DNA from: the human T2T-CHM13v2.0 reference genome, Homo sapiens | Strand: one strand, 5' to 3' | Assembly (NCBI RefSeq): GCF_009914755.1 | Contig: NC_060947.1 | DNA: 64,000 bases | In this document: piece after piece, positions 1-15,230 of the stretch | Layout of the letters: each line of letters starts with the position of its first letter | How positions within the stretch are numbered: position 1 is the stretch's first letter | The notes under the pieces: generated by a model | The model's input: only the letters and a program-made list of their open reading frames with translations | Databases searched by the model: none | What the model was told of the DNA's origin: nothing | Made by a program: the position numbers and the translations under genes

Positions 1-530
1 TTGGAATATTTCCTTCTAGAGAAACCTTTAATTTCAAAGGTTGAACTGATGGGACTTGCTGACAGACTATATGTCAAGTGTCAAGCACAGAATGAAGACT
101 GACTCCTAGGTTTTATGGCCAAAGCAACTGGGTGAATGGTAGAGATATTTTGCCAAGGTAGAGAACACTGAAGGAGCAACAGGTTTGAGCAGGGCTCAAG
201 ATTCCATTTTAGATGTTGACAGAGATCCAAGACAAGACATTTTTTTAAAAAAAAAGAAATAAAGAGCAGGTAGATATACCAGTCTGGAGCTCAGGGGAGA
301 GGGTAGAGCTGGAGATATAATTGCGGAAATTTTCAGTAAAGAGATAATATTTAGGGTAATGAGAACTAGGAGAGCTCACTGAGTGAGTAAGTAAAGAGAG
401 ACAACGTGGCTGAAGACTGAGACTTGAGATGTTCAAACATTTAAAGATAAAGAAGAACCAACAAAGAAAATGGAGGACCAGCCAGTGGGGTAGGTAGGAA
501 ACAAGAGAGCAGACTGGAAGAATTGAAAAG
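1..530 (-). mobile_element. L2 fragment (resumes ~1000-1700 after MLT1A)
   Basis: GA-rich degenerate L2 motifs; boundaries approximate. Confidence 0.6.
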
Positions 531-577
531 AAGACTAGGGCTGTAGATAATTACAAGATTAACCTAATAAGTCTGGG

Positions 578-970
578 TGTTATGGACTGAATTGTGTCCC
601 TTCAAAATTCATATGTGGAAGCCCTAATCCCCGAAGTGACTGCAGTTGGAGATTAGGGCATTTAGGGAGGTAATTAAGGTTAAATGAGGTTATATGGGTG
701 GGACTATAACTCAACAGGACTGATGTTCTTAAAGGAAAAGGAAGAGATACTAGAGGTATTTCCCTCTGTCTCTCTGTAGAGGCAAGGCCACGTGAGGACA
801 AAGCAAGAAGGTGGACATATAGAAGCCAGGGAAAAAGCCCTTATCAGATACCCACCCATATGGCACTTTCACAATGGACTGAGCCTCCAGCTCTGTGAGA
901 AGATGAATGTCTGCTGTTTAAGCCACCCAGTCTGTGGTATCTTGTTATGGAAACCCAAGCTGACTAATAC
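578..970 (+). mobile_element. MLT1A-like MaLR solo LTR
   Basis: TGTTATGGACTGAATTGTGTCCC start, GCTGACTAATAC end. Confidence 0.85.
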
Positions 971-2578
971 TTCAGGCTGGAGACTAAGGTGATAGCAGTA
1001 GAAACTATATAGAAGATTTAAGTGGTATTAAAGAGTTGTGGAATCCACAAAACTTGGCAACTGACTAGGTATGAGGGATAAATGAAGAGTCAAAAAACAC
1101 TGTGAGATTTTAAGCTGGGTGGCAAGAAAGATGGTTATGCCATTAACTAAAATAGTGAGCACAGAAAAAGAAGCAAGTTTGAGATGCGAAGATAAGCAAC
1201 CGAATATTTTTATTTTTTTATTTTTTAAGGAAGCACTTGGAAATTATTCTAATAGAATAAAGAGATATTTAAGCTCTGCATATGCATTTGGAGAGTCATC
1301 ACATCAAGATGACGGATGCAGTCATTAGAATCCTTTATTTGTGGAAGACAAAAACAAGCAAAAAACAGTGGCAAACTGCAAATACAGAGCAGTAGAGTCA
1401 AAGAGAAGAAACAGAAATAAGAGATATAAGCTAATCAATAGAGTATAGAAGCTTACAAGTAGAGTTCATAGAGAAGGTAGTCAACAACATGCAATGATAT
1501 AGAGATTGAAACTAAAAAAAGACGCTAGTTGGCCACTGAAGAGTACTGATGAATGTGAGAACAGCTTTTGAAGGGTGGTCGGGACAGACACCGTACTATA
1601 AAGGATAAACGACTCTGTGGATGGGAAAAACAAAATAGATGAAGGAAGCATGGGTTAATCTTGGCAGTGGAAGGAAGGGTAAAATGAAAAAAGGCAATGG
1701 CATAAGTATGCAAGATCAGAGGAGACACTAAAGATGTAAACTGGGAAAAACAAAGGCACTAATTATTTTCAAGTAATCAAATATGTTTCAACATTTCTTA
1801 CATAGCCACTATAAAATATCTTCAGAAAAGCCTATTTTTAAGTTATTTGATGGTTAAATAACAATGGATAAGCTACTTAATCTTGCATTAAAATGTATAT
1901 AAAATAAAATCTATATTCTAATAAAATTATTTGTAAAAGCATATTAACTATTCTTCACAAACTTCAAATAGCTGAACATGTTAGAACTTTCTCTAAATAC
2001 ATTCAAGGTCCCTAATATAGGCCTAAGTATAAGAAGAAAGTTTGAGTAACAATAAACTTCAAATATTTATGATAATTGATGTCCCTTGTATGGTCCAAGA
2101 TAGACGCACATAATGAATTAGGTCAGTGTTTCTTTTTAAGCAGTGAACATTTTTCTCCTAATAAAAAGTAAAATAGCATCTCCTTATATGAAATAACAAA
2201 CAGAACTGTCTGGTTAAATGCAGAAGGTTCTTCTGAGAATGCCTGAAGTACTTTTGTGGATGCCCCAGAAATGGGCAGGGCACAGTCTGAAAACCACTGA
2301 CTTTGTGATATAGCAGGCCCCTAAGGAAGAGGATATCTGACTTACATAACTGGAAAACCTTAAGGAAGGTGGTAGAAGCGGTTATTGACTGAAAGAAGGC
2401 TCATTTCTCAGCCCAGACTCATATTTTTACTGCAGTGGGCCACAAAAATATGAGACCTATTTAAAGATGACTTTGGAAACTCTCCTTTCTTATTAATATG
2501 AAAAATATGAAAAATCCTAAATGTGTCTTCATGTGCTTGGGGAAAGAACTCTTCATTTAGTTTTTTTCTCCCAATTCC

Positions 2579-2884
2579 TTTTATTTTATTTATTTATTTT
2601 TGAGACAGAGTCTCACTCTGTCACACGGGCTGGAGTGCAGTGGCACAATCACAGCTCACTGTAGTCTCCTACTCCTGGCTAAAGCGCTCCTCCCACCTCA
2701 GCTTCCCGAGTAGGTATGAGTTGTATGCCACCACATGTGGCTACTTTTTTTTTTTTTTTTTTTTTGTAGAGATTAGGTCTTGCTTTGTTGTCCAGGTTGA
2801 TCTCGATCTCCTGGCCTCAAGTGATCCTCCCACCTCAGCTTCCTAAAGTGCTGGGATTACAGGTGTGAGCCACCACGCCTGGCC
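2579..2884 (-). mobile_element. AluJ
   Basis: Full dimer, J-type diagnostics. Confidence 0.92.
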
Positions 2885-3107
2885 CCATTTTACGTTTTAA
2901 GACTAAAATACATTTGAAAATAGCTATTGGAAATCTGCTAATGGCCTGTTCCCAGTTATGAATATGAAATGCCATCTGACTCATATGTGACAGAATTCTC
3001 ATTAACTATAAGGATATACTAGTTTTTAGTATGTCAACATGTCAGCTTTTAAATGATTTATCTGCTATCATAAAGAAATAAATAATAAATGTCTTGTCCT
3101 GTATTTA

Positions 3108-3275
<168 letters not shown>

Positions 3276-3661
3276 TTACATTTTAAAAGATTTTAATACT
3301 AACATAATTATCATGTTTTCAGGAAAGTTAAACAGGCTACTTTTTGAAACCATATCTCTATTATTTTATTCTAACACCAAAATTATAAGTTTCTCTAAGA
3401 AAATGATATGAATATTTTGAGAACAAAGGGTTGAATGTCAGAAAAACTTGTCCAATTGCTCATCATAAATTTTCAAATATTATGTTGGTAAATATATTGT
3501 AGATAAGTGCTCTGAGATATTATAGGCATCATTTAATCATAAAATTTTAAAACTAAGAGACTTTTCATGTAGTCTAATAAAGAAAAGGAATCATATGGCC
3601 TAATGTCATACTCAGGGACACAAAACTAGCAAGTAGAATTGGGAATAAAGCACAACTTTTA

Positions 3662-3997
<336 letters not shown>

Positions 3998-4166
3998 TCA
4001 TGAAATAGATAATTTGACAGTGAAACTTCAATCATTAAAATTTAAAAAAAGTTTCTGGGATAGTAAAACCCACATAAATAGTACTTTTGATTACTAACTC
4101 TACATAGGCATAAGAGTTTAGGAAACAAACAAAAAAAGACCTCTTGGGATCTCCCCAAATTATTCA

Positions 4167-4418
<252 letters not shown>

Positions 4419-4539
4419 TTATATAGTCTTAACTAGTTTTATATTTTAAAAAAAGGTATAAACATGCCTAGACCAATATTAAGCATCATCATTACAGACA
4501 AAATATCTGTTCACTTGAAAAATTCTTCTCAAATAACTA

Positions 4540-5150
4540 AAGTAAGATACCATTTTCACCTAAAATAAATGTTTTTCAAATATAGTATTCAATGTTCTAA
4601 AAGGTAGGGAAAAAAAGACTCTGATACAATGCAAGAGAGAATGTAAACTGAAACAGCATTCTAAAGGACAATATGCAGTCTGTACAAAAAAACCTTAAAG
4701 ATACACACATCCTTTGGCTAGTAATTTTACTTCTGGGAATTTGTCCTAAGGAAATATCACAGAATTATATACATAAAAAATATATTCAATAATGTTAAAG
4801 ATATTACCTATAGCATTATTCATGTAAAATGGATAACTGGAAACAACCTAAATCCCTAGCCAAAGAACACTGGTTAGTATAACATAAAACAACCACACAA
4901 CAGAATACCATTAAAAACCTTGTTTTCAAAGAGTCATGAGATACAGGAAAACATTCATAACACTTAAGTAACAAAAAATGCTTCAAAATACGAAATCCAC
5001 TATTTTAAAGAATTTATAAGCATATGTAGATATATGTGTTAATGTAGAAAATCCTGGAAGTAAACAGTAACTGTAAGTAAAAATAGGTGATAGGTTTCAC
5101 AGGTGATTTTTGTTTTCTTCTTTATACTTCTGTGTTTCCCAAACTTTCTA
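4540..5150 (+). mobile_element. Old L1M(E) fragment
   Basis: Degenerate L1 3' motifs (agataccatttt, ctggaaacaacctaaat); boundaries approximate. Confidence 0.6.
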
Positions 5151-5781
5151 TAGAAAATGTTACTCTAGCAATCAGGATCAAGGGGGAGGGGGAAGCAAGT
5201 GTAAACAAATTATGTTTGCAGAAATTAGTGGAAATGCATTTTCCATAAAGTGGAAGTAGGCAAATATATATTTACTGTGCAACTGATTAAAAGCTAATCA
5301 GATACCAGTGATTTCAAAAGAAAAACTTGATTACTATTTTTCTATTCTCAATATACTTTAAGTTCTGACAAAAATAGGGAAGATATTAAATGTGAGTATA
5401 AATAAGCAGTTACAACTTCCCAAGATGGTTCATTATTTGTTAGAATAAATGGAACATACATGTTCAGAGCTAATAAAAATATTTCACATAAATCAACACT
5501 GTCAATCACCTTTCTATTTATTAAGTCACTTATTATATTAAAGTGTACTTAAATTACTACCTCTCCTCTCCTTGTTTTTTCTCTGGTACCTATAAATATT
5601 TATTACTAAAGAGTAAAGAGACAAATAAGAGAAAGGAAAAGGTGGTTAATTTCAGAATGACTGCTAAATGTATCTTTATGCATGCCTAACAAGCAATCCA
5701 TGTTTCAAAAAAGATACTGAGGACCAATTTTCAGTAACTGGTTAAAGAAAACTGCCTGATAATTAACCCAACTAATAATCA

Positions 5782-5937
<156 letters not shown>

Positions 5938-7215
5938 CTACAAAGAAGAATGTGTTATTAAATACTGTATAGCAATATTAAGGAATACAATGGGACTAAA
6001 ATTGGTATCACCTACTACGATCCACCATGAAATAAACACATTGCTTTTCAATGTGCCAACTACCTCCCCACAACCCCAAAACATCTTTTGGTGGCTCATA
6101 AAAACAGCATAAGTCTGTGGGAAAGCCTTAGCCCTCACACCACAGTAATAACCGTAAATAACTATGAAGGTAAAGAATAGAAAATCCATAGCCGTTGGCT
6201 TCATCTCTACAGCTTCCATGTCTTGCTTAAAGGCTGATACAACCTCCAAAACCCCAGCACACTGTTTAATGATAAAAGATGGGATTATTCACATATGATT
6301 AAATTGTTCCACTCTACAAATTAGGCACATATTTCCACGATTCCTTGCTATGAGAACATTCTACTTAAGTGTCATTAGTTAAGGGTCAGGGTCAAATTGG
6401 TCATGTTTGTGCCTTTCTCCTTGATTTTAAATCAATGTGATACCTTTGCTTCATCGAAGGTCTTCCATCTTATAGGTCCATAATTCATTTGATTTTGATT
6501 AGGGAAGAGGAAAGATTTCATTTTAACCTAAATCCAGTAAAGATTTTCCTAGGGTTATCAGATGGAGTTACATCTGATATTTAATTCCTATATATGCTAC
6601 AAGCCTCAAAAACAAGTTTCAGAGTGAAAACCATACTCAGTATTAGATCCCTTATTGTATTTAGAATCATCAAGAAGTAAAATCTCCACATTTCCCTCCT
6701 AGGAAAAAGCCAAAAAGCCAGAAGGGGCAGATAAATGGTATTATAAAAAGAGAGAAAATATTTTTCAAAGTATGAGAAGAAATGACAAACGTTCTAAATA
6801 TATCTTATTTTCTTAAATCATAAAAAAACAGAAGTATATTCTAACACAGTATGGCTTATGTTAGAACTTGTGTAGTATGATGACCAAAATTTAAAAGACT
6901 CAGACTGCTTGCTGAATGAAGTCCCAGTGGGAATAATCAGCTGCAATACAGACACAATTATATTGTGTAATTGATGTTTTCTACTCTGCTGCAGTAGCTT
7001 CAGATCTACATAAAAAAGTAAACATTTACAAGGAGGATACAAAGAACAGTCTTGAGAACACATGTTGATTCAGAAAGAGGAACAAAAAAATAAATGACCA
7101 AAAAATCAAACAAAGGTAAAAAGGGGAGCAGAGTTAGAAGGCAGTCCTTACAAACTATAAGATTCATGTACAGTATGGAGAGTTTAGAAAGTAAAAACAA
7201 TCAATATGTCTTTTA

Positions 7216-7308
<93 letters not shown>

Positions 7309-7780
7309 CTATTAGGGTGAAGAACATATACTGGTTTCCAGACAACTATAACAAAATATCAAGACGTGTAATACAATTATGACTTAAGTCTCAAAGATCC
7401 ATACACTGGAATCATGTTTTATCGGCTGTACTTTAAGGTGAAGGAATTGTACATTCGTCATTCTCCTTTGCTATGAAAAACACAAGACTAATTTATTTTA
7501 CCCAAATTCCCTACAAGCAAACAAGTTCTGTTGAACACAATCTCGTTCCTTACTTGAATGATATTTTTTCCCAACTGAGACCTACAGTATACAGAGAAGA
7601 CCAATGTGTAGTAAGCTCATAGGACGGTCTGATGTATTTCTAAAATAGTGCTGTACCTCTTCTCTGAGAAAGTTAAAATAGATTTGCTATCTATACTACT
7701 TCAATGAATAGATACACTCCCAGGAAAGAAATCCTACAATCAAAGTTCTCATCCTTTTACCTTTATTGAAAAGAAAAGTC

Positions 7781-8230
7781 CCTACAAAGGACATGAACTC
7801 ATAATTTTTTATGGCTGCATAGTATTCCATGGTGTATATGTGCCACATTTTCTTAATCCAGTCTATCATTGTTGGACATTTGGGTTGGGACATGGATGAA
7901 GCTGGAAACCATCATTCTCAGCAAACTATCTCAAGGACAAAAAACCAAACACCGCATGTTCTCACGCATAGGTGGGAATTGAACAATGAGAACACTTGAA
8001 CACAGGAAGGGGAACATCACACACCGGAGCCTGTTGGGGGTTGGGGGAGGGGGGAGGGATAGCATTAGGAGATATACCTAATGTAAATGACGAGTTAATG
8101 GGTGCAGCACACCAACACACCAACATGGCATATGTATACGTATGTAACAAACCTGCACGTTGTGCACATGTACCCTAGAACTTAAAGTATAATAAAATAT
8201 ATATATATATATAAATTAAAAAAAAGTAAA
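7781..8230 (+). mobile_element. Short 5'-inverted (twin-primed) L1PA 3' end
   Basis: 7781-7888 reverse L1 segment joined to forward 7887-8230; perfect TSD gaaaagaaaagtc at 7768-7780 and 8231-8243. Confidence 0.93.
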
Positions 8231-8613
8231 GAAAAGAAAAGTCATACTGGTATACTGGTTACTCTAAGTGGCCATATTGATAACACATTCAGTATAAATT
8301 ACACAGGATTGACATGTCACCAAACATCTACAGTGTACAGAGGTGTATTCGAGGTTAGTAAAATGTATTAAATAAACGTCTGAAATAAAAGTCGGAAAGA
8401 ACAGCAAATGAATTCTGATTTAAATTTTTGTTTTACAACTGTATAATTTACACACTGAAGACACAATTACATTTTTTTAAAAATCACACTAATCACACTA
8501 CTACTTTCACAATCAAAAGACTGGAAAAAAAGAAAGGAAAGGAGAGGTGAGAAAATTGCTCTTATCTAGATTTTAGCATGGACATTTATGGGAAATTATC
8601 ATACTGACAATTA

Positions 8614-8775
<162 letters not shown>

Positions 8776-9290
8776 CTACAGATTTTAATAGAGTTATATC
8801 TAAAAGATCTTTCCTTAACTCAGTTGATTTTCTCATAAGTCCCTAATGTTAATATACCTATCTGTATGTGTGTATATATATATATATATATGGCAGCTGC
8901 TATTTTAGTTTCTTAGTTTAAATTAGACAGTATTTTCCCTGGCAAAAATAATTAGTGAGCAAAAAAACCTAGACATTATATTCATGGAAATGGCAAGAAT
9001 TCTAGTACTCAAATCTGAACTTCAAATAATGTACAGAGGAACAAATGCTTCTTTCCTCTACAACATCAAGTTATAGAGCCTTAATATTTGCCGGTAGTTA
9101 AGTATACTTGACAATGGCATCATATTTTTCTCAAAAGAACACTTGAATGATTTTTTTTCCCAGAAATCCTTTGTGGTCATGATAAATTCTGTTGTGTACC
9201 ATTTGATTTTGTTACGATCTCTTTCAGTATTTCAAAATATATTGTCCCTTATATAAAATAACTACATGTCTAATTATTATAGAGCAGAAG

Positions 9291-9790
9291 TCTGCACAAA
9301 AGAGTTAACATAGCAGGCCAGGATTTGCTTGCAAGGTTGGCCCTTGGCTGGCATTTGGGAACTTGGCATTTGAATGGCTTCCTAAATTATTAAGACAGTT
9401 TACTGCACCTAGACAGTATAAACAATGTGATTTGTGCTGAATACCTGATTTCCTTCTGGGAATCTGGAATCTTAGTACGTGCTAGTCAGAGGGTACCTAC
9501 ATAACCAGCCCCTAGTAAAATCTTTGGGGACTGAGTCTCTAATCACACACATGCTGGAAAAAGAGTGTAATATGTGACCCCTCACAGGGGAAAGATAATA
9601 ATAGCATAAGGAAGCCTGTACATAATTTTCTCCAGACTCTGCCTGTGTCTTTTCACCCATGACTCAACTGGGTACCCTTACTGCATCACTCTAATAAATA
9701 TTATCAATGAGCATACCTAATATACTTAGTTGCAAGAATCCTTCTAGCAATTCTCCAAATATGGGGTTGGTCTTAGGGATCACTGACACA
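9291..9790 (+). mobile_element. MER68-like ERVL LTR
   Basis: AAAAGAGTTAACATAGCAGGCC...GCTTGCAAGGTTGGCCCTTGGCTGG start; ...GACACA end. Confidence 0.75.
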
Positions 9791-9836
9791 GGAAACCTGA
9801 AAACATATCTCCTCAGCAGTTCACTTATTTACTCAC

Positions 9837-9893
9837 CCTTCTTCCAGATGAAGTACCAGGACCGTCTGAATCTAAATCAACAATTTCTGTATC
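9837..9893 (-). CDS. BRWD3: BRWD3 exon ~34 (57 nt): DTEIVDLDSDGPGTSSGRR
   Basis: attaag acceptor, AGG|gtgagt donor. Confidence 0.93.
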
Positions 9894-11519
9894 CTTAATT
9901 AAAAAGGAAGAGTGGGAAAAGACGTTAAGTTACATTCAAAGTCATATAAATTAGATGGACATTTACAAATAAACGGGAAATAAAATCACAGTTAACTTTC
10001 CCCACTGGAGCAGCAAGTAGAACAAAAGATAGAGGGAGACTCACACCAAACTTTCCCAATATGCAGTGTACAAGCTGGAAAATATACTGGAAGAAGAATT
10101 AAACAAGGTTTCTCTTTAAACAAGAATCGGAAAGGAGGGGAACAGTGTAGTGGTTGGTATTTGCTAAAATTGTATCTAAGTGTTAGTATTTTTTAAAAAC
10201 CTTATTCTATATGACATGCTTATTTAATATAAAATTATTAATTATTCATGATTACTCCATTGACATTTCAAGAAATAGGTCTCATATAATATGCATTTAT
10301 ATTTTCCTATAGAAAAGAGATCTATTTCAGTTAAGTATCTCTCTAAGGGATAACTTTTTAATATGAAGAGTCAAGACCCAAGCACCACTAGTGCTGGTGA
10401 AACACTGGGTAATATGTAGTAGAAAATAAAAAGTAGCTCATGAGATATTGGTACTCCTTTCTAATAAAATAAAGCTGTTGAGTTACATTTTTACTTAAGT
10501 TTTCTATTTTAACCCAAATAGTGCTACTCTGAGGTGAAATTCCTGCTACATCAAATTTCAAACTAAAATATATTTATGTGAAAGGTCAGAGAAAATATAA
10601 GGAATATATAAGAAAATATAAAAAAAATTAGTGATACATTTTTCTTAGGTTTTAAGAAACTATAATAATATCTAATTGGTATATCATGTTTTCTTTATTA
10701 TGTAAGTAACATTTAACTGCAATAATATATTTCATAGTCAGACACATTTTCATGAAAAAAATAAAAAAAACAGCATTGGAGATTTACCATTCTGGAGATT
10801 AACGGTATAAATAATATAAACATGCAAAATATCTCATGCCACTGCAACACAATCTAGCATATGTGAGTCACTCATCCCTGGGATGAATTGTTTTCCAGTA
10901 AAGATTTGTGAATTATCACTTTCCAATATTGTTCCAACCTCTATTTTGGTTTTTGTTTCTATCATAACCTCCAGTCAAATACGGCTTTGTGTAAATTAGA
11001 AACATAGATGAGTGGGGAAAATCAGGAATACGAGGGTCTGCTGAGTACTACTTCCATTTCATTCAGAAGAGACTGATTTATCTTTATAAATTTTCAGAAA
11101 GGAAATCGAGTAATAATTTCATGAAACTACCAAAAATTTAGACTTTCAAGCCTGAAACTTTAAAATACTTTAATATTTTCTATACAGCATATAGAAAATA
11201 AAATCCTTACTGAAATTTCCATCAACTAAGCATTCTTTTAAAATATTGAGCACTTGTCTTGTTTCTAAATGTTGGAAAATAAAGTGTTGATTTCTCGTCA
11301 CTTACATCCACTGTGTCAAATATGATGACTGGCCACCTGTCTCTGAATAAACCCTGTAGCTCTATTTTATTTTTGGTATATGCCATCTAAGTACACTTTA
11401 AAAGACGCTGGTATTCAGCCAGATTTCAAAAATCTGTTTTGCTGTTCATGGCCAATTACAACATTTACACATAATACTGTACTTCAAATAAGAGAAAAGT
11501 AACTCATTCCTACTAATCA

Positions 11520-11630
<111 letters not shown>

Positions 11631-11732
11631 TCAAAAGCTTCAGTAATTTTTACAATTTTTCAATTAATTTTTTTAAAATTAATTTTTTAAAAACCTTAAG
11701 TTAGACTCTCTGGAAGCTAAAACTGCTTCTTA

Positions 11733-11891
<159 letters not shown>

Positions 11892-12806
11892 CTAATATAT
11901 TTAAAGTATATTTTAGGAATATACAATATGGAACAAATATGTACTTAAACACAGTGTGTCAAAGGTGTTCCAATATGCATATAACTCAATATATTTGACT
12001 GATGAGCACTAAAAAGAGATGATATAGTTACAGTATTTAAAGCACAAGCAGGGATTCTGAACCACTGGAATGTATATACAAAACTTCAAATAGAACTGAC
12101 CTAGGACATTATAGGTAAAGAGTCATTTGACAAGGTCAAAAGAATGTTTAGTTTAGTTTTCAGGGGAAGAGCCAAGAAGAGCAAGAAAAAAAAACAGATT
12201 ATAAAAAATGACAGATTTTTATCTAATTACTTTTATGATATAAATATTAAATCAAAATAATATATTATAAAAATACAACCAGTTCTCAATTGCAAAGGCA
12301 GATTAACCAGTCATGGAATACTGTCGTCAGTAGGAGACTTGGATGACAGAGGGACCAAGATATGCCCTCTACAACCTTCCCATAATCATCTCTCATCCCA
12401 ACCAAAACAAAAAAATTACTTGGCTCCTTTCCTGTATATATTTCAGTGCTGGTAACTAAATCTAATTAACTCTGACCAAATTCTCCAACAGAGGATTTAA
12501 ACATGCTCCAAATTTGTAGCACCTTAATAACGATGAATCCACAAACCACTTAAATTGCCCTTAATAAACTAAAGTTAAATGTAGTTTTTGTTTTACACAC
12601 CATTTGTACTACCCATATATTCCTCTCAGCCTTTCTTCTCTATCCCCAAGAGTGAGAATCTACTAAATAAAGGGAAATTAATGTTCTAAATTTTTAAAGG
12701 AAATTTTGGTGTGGGTCTTTTGGATGATCATGTTATACTATGGAAATGCAGATCTCAAAAAGGAAAGCAAAAGCCATAAAGCTATAAATTTTATAATAAG
12801 TGATTA

Positions 12807-13010
<204 letters not shown>

Positions 13011-13566
13011 TCATATATAAACAAGAAGGGAGGGTGATATACTACTTTTCTAAAACCATGAGGATTCCATTATACAAACAGAACGTTATTCTTTATATTT
13101 GGACATCATATCTATGAATCATGCATGATACACTGGTTCAAATCAGGTAAAACAAAATTAGAGGAGCACTGGGTTTAACTTCAGATTTCTGTCTTTCCTA
13201 GATAAATGCCAAACTTCTCAAGTGACATGTTTTAGCAAATTTAACTACTCATGTGGGTAAAATACATTACTCATCCACTGTCCTTACCAAGAAACCCATC
13301 CAAAGTCAGGCTCAGGAATAGCTAGAGAATCAAAGTGATTCAAAAAGGAAAAAGACACTTACACAGTTACCTTCACTATTATCCCCCAGATTGCTAAACA
13401 AAAAATTATCAGTTATTACTTTGGCCAAGCATATAAAACTGCTAATATTAAAACTAGAATCACTGTGCTTCTTGAGTTAAAACTGAAGTGTACAGTGAGA
13501 AACTGCATATCCTTCTGTAGAACTTAAAACTTCTGCTGATTTTCCTAGCTCTCTTGCATGCTCCTA

Positions 13567-13794
<228 letters not shown>

Positions 13795-13835
13795 TCATGT
13801 GATTACCATTTTACTTTTAAAAGAATTATAATTCA

Positions 13836-14102
<267 letters not shown>

Positions 14103-14477
14103 CTATGAAACTTAGAGGGCAGAAAGCCTACTTTTTGTCAATATGGAGACTAAAAGTCAGTCCTCAGAGAATAAACATTTCGTCTATCATTCTTGAGAGG
14201 ATTCATTCATTAGCAATCTTACAACTCTGGATTTTCAAGAATAATTAAAGTAGATGTTGAAAACAAATAGTACTTCCAAACATGATGCAACCACCTCTGC
14301 CTAGAATTCATACGACTAAACAAAAGACTAAGTACTAATATTCATAGCTATATTCCAGCAATAACAATTACTTTAAGTAGTAAATTAGTTTCCATATTTC
14401 CCATTAAAAAATAGTTGCAATTCTTGTCTAAAGTAGAAATAGTTAATAGAAAATGCAAACAACAAAAGAGGTAGCAA

Positions 14478-14563
14478 TAAAGTGTTTAGTTATTCCTTTG
14501 TTTTAGTCAAAGAAAACAAAGAACTTTGCTTTGACTAAAACAAGGGAAGAACTGAGCATTTTA
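14478..14563. other. 86-nt inverted repeat (35-bp arms)
   Basis: 14478-14512 vs reverse complement of 14529-14563: 30/35 identical. Confidence 0.9.
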
Positions 14564-14705
14564 CCATCAAATTTCTTCTTTACAGGTACAGGTATTGTGA
14601 GACTAGATAAGTCAGATAAAAGGGCATTACTCCTGATGGAGGCTATTAAAAGTCCACATACTACTACAATGTCATATTAGGCATAAAAGATCATAAACAT
14701 ACTTA

Positions 14706-14828
<123 letters not shown>

Positions 14829-15230
14829 TTAAAATTCTTAAAAGGATGCTCTTGAGAATATTAGCTCTGTTCCCACTCTAAATTACTACTTTTTGTTGAC
14901 AACAGAAGTACTGTATCTAGCATTATAAGAAGCTTCCATCTAGGTTTTCGGGATAAGTGATTATTTTACATTTTAACCTCTTTATGTATTTTGATTTCCA
15001 AGTGGTAGAAATCTTTCTGAAATAAATTACATATGACCACATCTTAAATAAATACTACCAAGCATAATTTAACTTTTTTCAATTAATTAGCATCATCATT
15101 AGGCACACTTCTTATTGTATTACATATGTACATAAATGCAGTTGATTCTTCTATCTTGCTTTTAGCTTTCTTTAAAAATCTCTTCATACTAGTATTTATA
15201 TTACAGATCTTCAAGGCAGGCTGTAAATCA

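Noticed and set aside
5938-6249. 103-aa minus-strand ORF abutting exon ~37
   Set aside because: Its stop is simply the acceptor TAG; non-ATG start and no recognisable homology
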